Shown one piece after another: positions 10,141 through 17,655 of a stretch of DNA of 32,000 nt. A program made the position numbers and the translations under genes. A model generated the notes under the pieces. The model was not told the DNA's origin. It was given only the letters and a program-made list of their open reading frames with translations, and ran no database searches. Each line of letters begins with the position of its first letter. Positions within the stretch are counted from its first letter, which is position 1. This stretch comes from Bifidobacterium longum subsp. longum JCM 1217. Lineage in GTDB: Bacteria > Actinomycetota > Actinomycetes > Actinomycetales > Bifidobacteriaceae. The stretch is taken from positions 330,001 through 362,000 of the forward strand of contig NC_015067.1 of assembly GCF_000196555.1 (NCBI RefSeq), in the 5' to 3' direction.

Positions 10141-10767
10141 CTAAACCATCCGATTCTTCCCGAAATATTGCTGGAACCTTGGCCCCTCCAGCGCCAGTTC
10201 CTCCTCGAAATCATCCGCCCACTTACAGAACGGACGGTTGGCGAGACCATCGTTATTGAATCGCGCCTGATCGGTGATTTCGGTGATGCAGAATTTCGGA
10301 ATCGTCAGATTGGTAACCGGCCCGGATCGTTCGGCCTCGGCTACGATCAGCGGCGCGTTCGGCCCGCCGAACACGTCCACGCTCCAGCCGTCTTCCTCAA
10401 TCCACACGGAATACCGGTTCTTGATGATTACCGAGCCGCCGCGCTTGATGAGTTCGGCCGCGATACGCGTATCGATTTCGCGCTCGACTTCGTAGCGCGT
10501 GCCGCCCACGGACGGACCTTTGACGGTGACATATGCTTCCGAGAACCGGTCGCGGTATTCGTCCAGCACGGCCACCGGATTTACGTCGGGCGTCATGTCG
10601 ACGTGAACCTTGCGCGAGACCAGCCGCACGCGCAAGGCGTAATTGTCGGCATGCACGTAGTAGCTCTGAATGATGAGGGTCGGGGCGTCGCCGTCGTCGT
10701 ATTCCGCCGGCAGTTCGCGGCAGAAGAAGCGGCGTTCGTATTCGAAGTCATCTGTAGGTTCCGACAT
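10141..10767 (-). CDS. CYTH-domain protein (triphosphate tunnel metalloenzyme / class IV adenylate cyclase-like)
   Basis: 208 aa. The N-terminal FEYERRF matches the CYTH ExExK-type motif, and the acidic/basic beta-strand pattern continues further on (YALRVRL, YEVEREID). The family call is from memory. Confidence 0.6.
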   Translation of the reverse strand: MSEPTDDFEYERRFFCRELPAEYDDGDAPTLIIQSYYVHADNYALRVRLVSRKVHVDMTPDVNPVAVLDEYRDRFSEAYVTVKGPSVGGTRYEVEREIDTRIAAELIKRGGSVIIKNRYSVWIEEDGWSVDVFGGPNAPLIVAEAERSGPVTNLTIPKFCITEITDQARFNNDGLANRPFCKWADDFEEELALEGPRFQQYFGKNRMV

Positions 10768-10773
10768 AACCCC

Positions 10774-10779
10774 ATTGTA
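10774..10779 (-). promoter_or_regulatory. Candidate -10 element (TACAAT on the minus strand) 6 nt upstream of the CYTH ATG; the transcript may be leaderless
   Basis: The minus strand reads TACAAT-GGGGTT-ATG. There is no correctly spaced SD sequence. Confidence 0.4.
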
Positions 10780-10864
10780 GAGCCGATAATGGCGATTTTC
10801 TCGTTATTTTGGCGACGTATGTGCCGCATGCAACGTGATGTGGTGTACAGTAAAGAAGTTGCTC

Positions 10865-10940
10865 GGGTTTGTAGCTCAGTGGATAGAGCGTCTGTCTCCG
10901 GAACAGAAGGTCGTGGGTTCGATCCCCATCAAGCCCACCA
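10865..10940 (+). tRNA. tRNA-Arg (anticodon CCG), with encoded CCA
   Basis: Cloverleaf folded by hand. Acceptor GGGTTTG/CAAGCCC, D arm GCTC..GAGC, anticodon stem TCTGT/ACAGA with loop CTCCGGA, T arm GTGGG-TTCGATC-CCCAT. Confidence 0.93.
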
Positions 10941-10944
10941 GCAT

Positions 10945-10973
10945 GGCTTTCGGCTAACCGCCGGAAGCCTTTT
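10945..10973 (+). terminator. Intrinsic terminator after tRNA-Arg
   Basis: GGCTTTCGG (10945-10953), loop CTAACCG, CCGGAAGCC (10961-10969), then TTTT. Confidence 0.7.
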
Positions 10974-11080
10974 GCATATTCGGCGCGTGCAAGGCTGGTG
11001 CTGGTGTCGGCAATGGCAAGGCCGGTGATGCCGGCTCGCTTGGGTCGTGGAAAAACCGTCCGGTTTGGCGAGAACGGTAG

Positions 11081-11142
11081 CCGAATCGTCTGGAATCGTC
11101 TGGAATCGTCTGGAATCGTCTGGAATAGCAAGGAATAGTCTG
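11081..11142 (+). repeat. 10-bp tandem repeat: GAATCGTCTG four times exactly, followed by two decayed units
   Basis: Four perfect units occupy 11083-11122. They are followed by GAATAGCAAG and GAATAGTCTG. Confidence 0.9.
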
Positions 11143-11315
11143 TTGATGGCCGTATGCCGGGCATCATGCGCGCTAAACGCGACTTTGCTCAGTAGACTGC
11201 TACGTAATCGGCATTGCCAATCGTTGCTGATCGTGCGATTGGTCGTAGCCGGTGGTGATGTGTACCGGCGCCGGCCGCAGCAGGTGGGCGCCCCCAAGAT
11301 GAGAAGGAGCACAAT

Positions 11316-11705
11316 ATGAGCGAAAAGATGGAAGCCGTAGCCACTTCCGAGGCGCCGGCCGCGCTGGGCGCATACAGCCAGGCGGTGAAGGCCAATGGCT
11401 TCGTGTTCGTATCCGGCCAGCTGGGCATTGATCCGGCCACCGGCGAACTGGCGGGCGAGACCGCTGGAGAGCAGGCTGCACAGGCGCTGAAGAATATTAA
11501 GCACATTCTCGACACTGCCGGTACCGGCATTGAGCATGTGTGCCGTGCCACCATCTACCTGAAGAACGTCGAGGACTTCAAGGAAGTGGACGCACGTTAC
11601 GCTGAGGCGTTCATCGGCTCCGTCAAGCCCGCCCGCGTGGCCTTTGGCAACAACATGATTCCCAAGGGCGCGCTCGTGGAGATTGACGCCATCGCGGTGG
11701 AGTGA
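11316..11705 (+). CDS. ridA: RidA / YjgF family reactive-intermediate deaminase
   Basis: 129 aa. APAALGAYSQAVKANGFVFVSGQLGIDPATGEL... and the C-terminal ...ALVEIDAIA are typical. GAGAAGGAG lies upstream. Confidence 0.9.
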   Translation: MSEKMEAVATSEAPAALGAYSQAVKANGFVFVSGQLGIDPATGELAGETAGEQAAQALKNIKHILDTAGTGIEHVCRATIYLKNVEDFKEVDARYAEAFIGSVKPARVAFGNNMIPKGALVEIDAIAVE

Positions 11706-11720
11706 TTCGAACGTTTCCCC

Positions 11721-11761
11721 GGCGGCCCGTCTGCGCGCATGGTGTGTGCAGACGGGCCGCC
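11721..11761 (+). terminator. Hairpin after ridA with a perfect 14-bp stem and no U-tract
   Basis: GGCGGCCCGTCTGC (11721-11734), a 13-nt loop, then GCAGACGGGCCGCC (11748-11761). Confidence 0.6.
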
Positions 11762-11770
11762 GCGTATTGT

Positions 11771-11848
11771 GCGACGCATTCCGGGGAATGTTTCGCTGGG
11801 CGGGGGTGCGAGGTGTGGTTCCGCGACACGTTCCCGGGAACGTTGCGC
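11771..11848 (+). repeat. Composite palindromic repeat (two 26-bp imperfect palindromes plus a 26-nt G/T-rich spacer), intergenic copy
   Basis: 11771-11796 is GCGACGCATTCCGGGGAATGTTTCGC and 11823-11848 is GCGACACGTTCCCGGGAACGTTGCGC. Each is followed by CTGG, as are the nucS copies. Confidence 0.8.
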
Positions 11849-11887
11849 TGGAATCGTTGGGCGGTGGTCCGTGCCACAATAGAGACC

Positions 11888-12805
11888 ATGGCATCCAAAG
11901 GAAAACCGTCGCCGCGTTCGGCCGTAAGCCCGCTGAGTGATGAGCAGGTCAAGCGTCTGGCCGCCCGCCACACGCTTGTGGACTCGACACAGTATTACCC
12001 GACCGGCCCCCGCACGCCCAATCAGCCGGAAATCAACGCCCAGAATCCCAAGGCCACCAAACGACTGCTGGGAGGGGTGTCCATTGTGTTCCGCGCCAGC
12101 TGCAAGACCAAGGCCTGGGGCTTGGAACAGGTGCCGGAAACCGGACCGTTCATCACCGCCGCCAGTCATGTCACCATGTTTGATGTGTTCGTGCCAATGA
12201 TGAGCCTGTTCCACATGGGCCGCCGCCCCCGTTACATGGCCAAGGCCGAGATGGCGAAGTGGCCATTGATCGGCAAGTGGTTCCAGTTGGTCGGCATGCA
12301 GCCGGTGCAGCGTCATTCGGGCAAGGCCAAGCAGATCGAAGAGACCTCGATTGATATTCTGACGTCCGGCCGCCCGCTGACGGTCTGGCCGGAAGGCACC
12401 GTGACCCGCGACCCGAAAAAGTGGGTGATGAGCATTAAGGAGGGCGTGGGATATATCGCCCTTGAATCCTCGCGCAGACTGGGGCATCAGGTGCCGCTGT
12501 ACCCGGCGGTGACGTGGGGTGCCGCCTCCATCAACCACTGGTGGCCATGGCCGCGCAAAAACGTGGTGATGTGCTATGACCATGCGCTCGATTACTCCGA
12601 TTTGCTTGCCGACATGGACTCATGGGGTGAAGAGCCGCCTGCCGAGGCCGTGAACGAGCTGATGTGGCGCGTGCTCAAACGCATGAACACAGTACTGGAG
12701 GAAATTCGTGGCGAGCAGTTCCCCGCTGAAGGCTACTGGGACTACCGCAGTATGAGTCGTAAGCCTTGGCCTGAAGCCGGCGGCCCGTTCCCGGCTGAGA
12801 AGTAG
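11888..12805 (+). CDS. 1-acyl-sn-glycerol-3-phosphate (lysophospholipid) acyltransferase, PlsC family
   Basis: HxxxxD motif (SHVTMFD) and PEGT motif (WPEGTVTRD). The start is set at the ATG at 11888 (MASKGK...) because the upstream part of the track ORF runs through the repeat element. Confidence 0.8.
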   Translation: MASKGKPSPRSAVSPLSDEQVKRLAARHTLVDSTQYYPTGPRTPNQPEINAQNPKATKRLLGGVSIVFRASCKTKAWGLEQVPETGPFITAASHVTMFDVFVPMMSLFHMGRRPRYMAKAEMAKWPLIGKWFQLVGMQPVQRHSGKAKQIEETSIDILTSGRPLTVWPEGTVTRDPKKWVMSIKEGVGYIALESSRRLGHQVPLYPAVTWGAASINHWWPWPRKNVVMCYDHALDYSDLLADMDSWGEEPPAEAVNELMWRVLKRMNTVLEEIRGEQFPAEGYWDYRSMSRKPWPEAGGPFPAEK

Positions 12806-12898
12806 CCGCACCGGTTCCCGTACGGGGAGCCTAGGCGAGTAGCATGGCACAAGATTGTGCCGATGAAGTTGCGCGACAAGCGAAGGTAGGAATTTGAT

Positions 12899-13900
12899 AT
12901 GGGTAAAAATATAACGGTTCTCGGTGCAGGAGCATGGGGTACTGCTTTCGGCCAAGTGCTGGCGGACGCAGGCAACACGGTGACCATGTGGGCCAAGGAG
13001 CAGCAGATTGTCGAGGGCATTCGCGATCACCACCACAACGCCGTGCGCCTGCCGTCCGTCGAAAAGTTGCCGGACAACATGACCGCCACTGGGGATCGCG
13101 CCGAAGCCGTCAAGAACGCGGACATCGTAGTCGTGGCCATCGCCGCGCAGTTCGCGCGAGTGGCACTCGTCGAATTCAAGGGACTGATTCCCGATCACGC
13201 CATCGTCGTCAGCCTGATGAAGGGCATCGAGCGTGGCACCAACAAGCGTATGGACGAAGTCGTCCGCGAATCCCTTGACTTGCCGGCCGACCGGTTCGCC
13301 GCCATTTCCGGACCGAACCTGTCCAAGGAAATCGCCGATCGTCATCCCGCCGCCACCGTGGTGGCTTGCACGAACCTCGATAATGCCACGAAGGTGGCCG
13401 AGGCATGCACCACCTCCTATTTCAAGCCGTTCGTGACCACCGACGTCATCGGCCTGGAAATGTGCGGCAGCCTGAAGAACGTGACCGCGCTGGCCGTGGG
13501 CATGGCCCGTGGTGCCGGCTACGGTGAGAACACCGCAGCCATGATCGAAACTCGTGGACTGGCCGAACTGACCGCGCTGGGCGTAGCCGCTGGCGCCGAT
13601 CCCAAGACCTTCTTCGGCTTGGCCGGTGTGGGCGATCTCATCGCCACCTGTGGCTCTTCGCTGTCTCGTAACTATACGTTCGGCGCGAATCTCGGCAAGG
13701 GATTGACGGTCGAAGAGGCCACCAAGGTCAGCAACGGTGTGGCCGAAGGCGTGCCCACCACGGATGCGGTGGTGGCTCTTGGCGATCAGCTTGATGTGCC
13801 GACCCCGTTGGCGTATCAGATGAGCCGCGTGCTGAACGAAGGCATTTCCTGCTCGGAGATGCTTGCCGGACTGTTCGGTCACGAGGTTACCGGCGAATAA
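12899..13900 (+). CDS. gpsA: NAD(P)H-dependent glycerol-3-phosphate dehydrogenase
   Basis: N-terminal Rossmann motif ITVLGAGAWGTA, plus the GSLKNV and GLAGVGDL motifs. 333 aa. Confidence 0.93.
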   Translation: MGKNITVLGAGAWGTAFGQVLADAGNTVTMWAKEQQIVEGIRDHHHNAVRLPSVEKLPDNMTATGDRAEAVKNADIVVVAIAAQFARVALVEFKGLIPDHAIVVSLMKGIERGTNKRMDEVVRESLDLPADRFAAISGPNLSKEIADRHPAATVVACTNLDNATKVAEACTTSYFKPFVTTDVIGLEMCGSLKNVTALAVGMARGAGYGENTAAMIETRGLAELTALGVAAGADPKTFFGLAGVGDLIATCGSSLSRNYTFGANLGKGLTVEEATKVSNGVAEGVPTTDAVVALGDQLDVPTPLAYQMSRVLNEGISCSEMLAGLFGHEVTGE

Positions 13901-13911
13901 CGAGAGAAGCG

Positions 13912-13975
13912 ACGTATACGTGGCGTATACGTTGTACGTGCAAAGTCGCGTGGCGTATACGTCGTTGACGTGCAC
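13912..13975 (+). repeat. ACGT-rich direct repeats and palindromes in the gpsA-ddl spacer
   Basis: The perfect 14-mer CGTGGCGTATACGT occurs at 13919-13932 and 13949-13962. The 8-bp palindrome CGTATACG occurs three times (13913, 13924, 13954). The flanking GTTG(T)ACGTGCA is also repeated. Confidence 0.8.
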
Positions 13976-14086
13976 GAGTAGACTGGTGTGCGTCTCTTGT
14001 GCGCGGCGTTCCGAGCGCGGTTCGGTCCGGTTGGCGGTGCAAAGCATAGGCTTGAAAACGGTTGTAGTTTCAACAAAAGGATGGTT

Positions 14087-15274
14087 ATGGCCAAGAAGCG
14101 TGTTGTGGTGCTCTATGGTGGGCGTGCAGACGAGCATTCGATTTCCTGCATCTCCACTGCCGGTGTGCTGGGGGCCATGGACACTGAACGGTTCGAGCCG
14201 ATTCCGGTCGGCATCACCAAGGACGGCAAGTGGATCATCAATGGCGAAGATCCGCGTGGCTGGAACTTGGACGGCGGCGAGCTGCCGACCGTAAAGATCA
14301 CCCCGGAATCGCGCCCGGTGATGCTTGACCCCTCTCGCGGACAGGACGGTTTCTTCATCGGCGAGCCCAGCCACATCAATTCCGCCGATTCCGGCTTCGG
14401 CACCAGCTTCGTCAGCATGTCCGACCCGGAAATGCACCATGTGCTGACCTCCCTTGGCCATGTGGACGCGGTACTGCCGGTGCTGCACGGCCCCTATGGC
14501 GAGGATGGTACGGTTCAAGGCCTGCTGGAAATGATGGGTGTGCCGTACGTGGGGTGCGGAGTGTTTGCTTCCGCCGCCTGCATGGATAAGCATTACACCA
14601 AGGTGGTACTGGATGCCGCCGGCATTCCCACCGCGCCCGGTGTGACGGTCGATGCGCGCAACTTCACCGCCGCCGATGTGCTTGCCGAGATCGAGGACGC
14701 CGGTCTTACTTATCCGCTGTTTGTCAAGCCTTCGCGCGCAGGCTCCAGCTTCGGTGTGACCAAAGTCGAGAAAGCCGATGACCGCGAGACCCAGCAGGAT
14801 CGTCTGGCCGCCGCCATCGCCACCGCCGGCGAGCACGACTGGAAGGTGCTCGTCGAACAGGGGATTGATGGTCGCGAAATCGAATGTGCCGTGCTGTGCC
14901 CGAAGGCCGGTGACGAGCCCGAGGCCAGCTGGCCCGGCGAAATCGTGCTCGATCATCAGAACGACGACCAGTTCTACGATTTCGACTCCAAGTACATGGA
15001 TGCCTCCGCCAGCCACGTGGAAGTGCCTGCCAATCTGCCGGTCAGCGTGCTTGAGGACGTGCGTGACGTGGCCCGTCGCGCGTTCAAGGCCGTGGATGGT
15101 GCCGGCTTGAGCCGTGTGGACACCTTCGTGACGCCTGATGGCACGGTGATGGTCAACGAAATCAACACCATGCCCGGCTTCACGCCGATTTCCATGTATC
15201 CCAAGGCTTGGGATGCCACCGGAGTGAGCTACACCGAACTCATCACGCGATTGATTGAGGGCGTGCTGAGGTAA
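14087..15274 (+). CDS. ddl: D-alanine--D-alanine ligase
   Basis: Starts MAKKRVVVLYGGRADEHSISC... The HGPYGEDGTVQGLLE motif and an ATP-grasp C-terminal half are present. The ATG at 14087 follows AAAGGA; the ATG at 14081 is an alternative start. Confidence 0.93.
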   Translation: MAKKRVVVLYGGRADEHSISCISTAGVLGAMDTERFEPIPVGITKDGKWIINGEDPRGWNLDGGELPTVKITPESRPVMLDPSRGQDGFFIGEPSHINSADSGFGTSFVSMSDPEMHHVLTSLGHVDAVLPVLHGPYGEDGTVQGLLEMMGVPYVGCGVFASAACMDKHYTKVVLDAAGIPTAPGVTVDARNFTAADVLAEIEDAGLTYPLFVKPSRAGSSFGVTKVEKADDRETQQDRLAAAIATAGEHDWKVLVEQGIDGREIECAVLCPKAGDEPEASWPGEIVLDHQNDDQFYDFDSKYMDASASHVEVPANLPVSVLEDVRDVARRAFKAVDGAGLSRVDTFVTPDGTVMVNEINTMPGFTPISMYPKAWDATGVSYTELITRLIEGVLR

Positions 15275-15281
15275 GTGTGGT

Positions 15282-15310
15282 GCGGAATCGGCCGCAGGCC
15301 GGTTCCGCTA
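15282..15310 (+). terminator. Hairpin after ddl, a member of a small repeated hairpin family
   Basis: GCGGAATCGGCC gca GGCCGGTTCCGC. The 29-mer matches 22026-22054 at 24 of 29 positions. Confidence 0.6.
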
Positions 15311-15339
15311 TTGACACATCGCCCATACCTGTCAGTAAT
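15311..15339 (+). promoter_or_regulatory. Candidate sigma-70-type promoter, TTGACA-N17-AGTAAT, for the ABC operon
   Basis: A perfect -35 hexamer at 15311-15316 and AGTAAT at 15334-15339. This would give a leader of roughly 180 nt. Confidence 0.3.
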
Positions 15340-15526
15340 TCATGCCAAGTTTTCCTAAGTTCAACAGGCGTACAGCAAATGGCGAACGCAATTCACTTGC
15401 GCGCCAGTGTCAGGACAGATTAGGCGCATAGTTTCTTTTCTTGGATTCACGGGCCGCGCGAATGCCGCGCATACCAAGCCCGACTCCCCAGACTGTCGTC
15501 TGGATGATGTTGAGAAAAGGAACATT

Positions 15527-16693
15527 ATGAACAACCTGCGTAAGATCGCGGCCGGCTCCCTCGCCGCCGTGCTCGCGTTCTCGATGGCCGCCTGCGGCTC
15601 GAGCAACGCCTCCTCCGATGGCACCGGCGAAAGCACCGGCAAGGCCGTCACCGTGAACGAAAAGTCCGCCAAAGCCACCTCCCTCGCCGACTTCGGCACC
15701 ATGGAAGACCTCGAGAAGGCCGCCAAGGAAGAGGGCGCGCTGAACGTCATCGCCCTTCCGCACGACTGGTCCAACTACGGCGAGGTCATCGAGAGCTTCA
15801 AGAAGAAGTACCCGGAGATCAAGGTCACCGAGCTCAACCCGAACGCCTCATCCAAGGAAGAGCTCGACGCCGCCAAGACCAACAAGGGCACCGACGCCGC
15901 CCCCGACGTCTTCGATGTCGGCCAGGCCATCGCCGCCACCTCCACCGACTACTTCGCCCCGTACAAGGTGCAGGCCTGGGACAAGATCCCGGACACCGCC
16001 AAGGACGCCGACGGCGCCTACTACGCCGACTACACCGGCATCATGTCCGTGGGCTGGAACGCCGACAAGTACGGCGACATCAGCTCCCTGGACGACCTGC
16101 TCGACCCGAAGTTCGCCGGCACCGTGGCCCTCAACGGCAAGCCCGCCGAGGCTGGCGCCGCCTTCAACGGCTACCTGATGGCCAACCAGCTCGCCGGTGG
16201 CGACATCAACAACCTGCAGCCCGGCCTTGACTACTTCAAGAAGCTCAAGGAAGCCGGCAACCTGACCACCGTCGACGTGACCAACGGCACCATCGACTCC
16301 GGCCAGACCGGCGTGGTCTTCGACTGGACCTACAACCAGGCCTCCTACAAGAAGGAGCTCAAGGACAAGGGCGTGAACTGGAAGTACAAGACCTTCCCGA
16401 AGGCCCAGGTCGTCAGCTACTACAACCAGGCCATCAACAAGGACGCGCCGCACCCGGCCGCCGCCCGCCTGTGGGAGGAGTACCTGTACACCGCCGACGC
16501 CCAGAACCTGTGGTTCAAGGGCGGCGCCAACCCGGTGCTGCTCGATTCCATGAAGGAAGACGGCACCGTCGACCAGGCCACTCTGAAGGACGCCATCACC
16601 ATCGAAGGCGAGCCGGTCTCCTACACCAACGACGACTCCACCCGCATCACCGAGTGGCTCCAGAACAACTGGGACAAGACGATCGGCAACTGA
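15527..16693 (+). CDS. ABC transporter substrate-binding lipoprotein (PotD/AfuA-like family-1 SBP); substrate unknown
   Basis: The ATG at 15527 follows AAAGGAA. The signal peptide has lipobox FSMAAC. It is followed by two permeases and an ATPase. Confidence 0.8.
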   Translation: MNNLRKIAAGSLAAVLAFSMAACGSSNASSDGTGESTGKAVTVNEKSAKATSLADFGTMEDLEKAAKEEGALNVIALPHDWSNYGEVIESFKKKYPEIKVTELNPNASSKEELDAAKTNKGTDAAPDVFDVGQAIAATSTDYFAPYKVQAWDKIPDTAKDADGAYYADYTGIMSVGWNADKYGDISSLDDLLDPKFAGTVALNGKPAEAGAAFNGYLMANQLAGGDINNLQPGLDYFKKLKEAGNLTTVDVTNGTIDSGQTGVVFDWTYNQASYKKELKDKGVNWKYKTFPKAQVVSYYNQAINKDAPHPAAARLWEEYLYTADAQNLWFKGGANPVLLDSMKEDGTVDQATLKDAITIEGEPVSYTNDDSTRITEWLQNNWDKTIGN

Positions 16694-16704
16694 GGCACAG
16701 ACCG

Positions 16705-17655
16705 ATGACCGCCGCAATCGCACCCATTGCATCGAACGGACCTGCTGCCGCCAAGGCTGCGGGTCCGTCCGCTACTCCCGCTTCTCCTCTCTCCTCGGCG
16801 ATGGCCAAGCACCGCCAGGAGCTGGGCACGCTCGCCACCACGCTCCCGTTCTTCGCCTACACCGCCTGCTTCCTGCTCGCACCCACCGTCATCGTGATTG
16901 TCGGTGCATTCCAGGATCGCAGCGGCAACTTCACGCTCGCGAACTTCAATAAGATGTTCGAGGCCAACACCATCGCCGCATTCGGCACCTCGATTCTGGT
17001 GTCTTTAGCATCCTCTCTGATCGGCGCAGTGGTGGGCGCGCTCGCTTCCTACGCACTGGTCATTGGTGCCAAGCCGAACGGCCTGCTGCGTCGTATGGTC
17101 TCCGCCATCTCCTCCGTGCTTGCTCAGTTCGGCGGCGTGATGCTCGCGTTCGCGTTCATCGCCACCATCGGCATCAACGGTATCGGCACCATGCTTATCA
17201 AGACACTGACCGGCTACACCGTGAACCCGAACTGGCTCAGTTCGTTGCCGGGCCTGGTGACCATCTACTGCTACTTCCAGATTCCGCTGATGATCATCAT
17301 CTTCCTGCCCGCGGTCGATTCGATCCGTCCACAGTGGCGCGAGGCATGCGAATCCCTCGGTGGCAACACGTTCCAGTACTGGACGCGCGTGGCCTGCCCG
17401 ATTCTGGCACCCCGCTTCATCTCCGCGTTCCTGCTGCTGTTCGCCTCCGCGTTCTCCGCATACGCGACCGCCGCGGCCCTGTTCTCCCAGCGTTCGATTC
17501 TGGTGCCGCTTATGATCCAAGGTGCCATGCGCAACGAACTGGACCCCAACCAGCAGGGCTTTGCCCAGGTGCTGGCATTCGCAATGATCATCGTCGTGGC
17601 CATCGTCATGCTGTTGAGCCACGCCGTGGAAAAGAGGGCCGGACGTTGGCAATGA
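16705..17655 (+). CDS. ABC transporter permease
   Basis: Multiple TM helices and an EAA-type loop (REACESLGGNTFQYWTRVACPILAP). The start is set at the ATG at 16705, just after the SBP stop. Confidence 0.85.
   Translation: MTAAIAPIASNGPAAAKAAGPSATPASPLSSAMAKHRQELGTLATTLPFFAYTACFLLAPTVIVIVGAFQDRSGNFTLANFNKMFEANTIAAFGTSILVSLASSLIGAVVGALASYALVIGAKPNGLLRRMVSAISSVLAQFGGVMLAFAFIATIGINGIGTMLIKTLTGYTVNPNWLSSLPGLVTIYCYFQIPLMIIIFLPAVDSIRPQWREACESLGGNTFQYWTRVACPILAPRFISAFLLLFASAFSAYATAAALFSQRSILVPLMIQGAMRNELDPNQQGFAQVLAFAMIIVVAIVMLLSHAVEKRAGRWQ

Noticed and set aside
11081-11142. CRISPR array, considered for this tandem repeat and for the arrays at 30871-31002 and 8962-9014
   Set aside because: The repeat units are 10-19 bp and lie head to tail with no unique spacers of 25-40 bp. 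No cas genes are present in the window.
10941-11315. A possible integrative-element scar or att site next to tRNA-Arg
   Set aside because: There is no integrase, excisionase or phage gene nearby. I could not find a direct repeat of the tRNA 3' end downstream. Only the 10-bp tandem array is unusual here.
10748-11894. ORFs 10748-11167(-), 10929-11894(-), 10132-11028(+) and 11047-11319(+), which span tRNA-Arg, the tandem repeat and ridA
   Set aside because: They run through a tRNA gene, a terminator hairpin and a tandem repeat, or lie antisense to ridA or the CYTH gene. They lack an RBS, and their composition does not look like coding sequence.
12620-15016. A 798-aa ORF on the minus strand, the longest in the track
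   Set aside because: It lies antisense across the acyltransferase 3' end, gpsA, the spacer and ddl, all of which have clear motifs on the plus strand. Its composition is typical of a high-GC shadow ORF.
15309-15526. A riboswitch (for example TPP or c-di-AMP) in the leader of up to about 180-190 nt of the ABC importer operon
   Set aside because: I found only small local hairpins (GCGCG..CGCGC, CCAGAC-tgtc-GTCTGG). I could not find the conserved cores I remember, such as CUGAGA or ACCUGAUCUGGAUAAUGCCAGCG for TPP. An Infernal/Rfam scan would be needed to settle this.
15848-16732. Long antisense or out-of-frame ORFs over the ABC operon and elsewhere: 15848-16732(-), 17005-17975(-), 18298-19128(-), 19174-19947(-), 7758-8786(-), 9114-9944(-), 21297-22220(+), 22337-23236(+), 28166-29119(+), 29595-30464(+), 31113-31850(-)
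   Set aside because: Each overlaps a gene with strong family motifs on the other strand or in another frame. Their translations are rich in Arg/Gly/His/Ala/Pro or Val/Gly/Asp and contain no recognisable domains.
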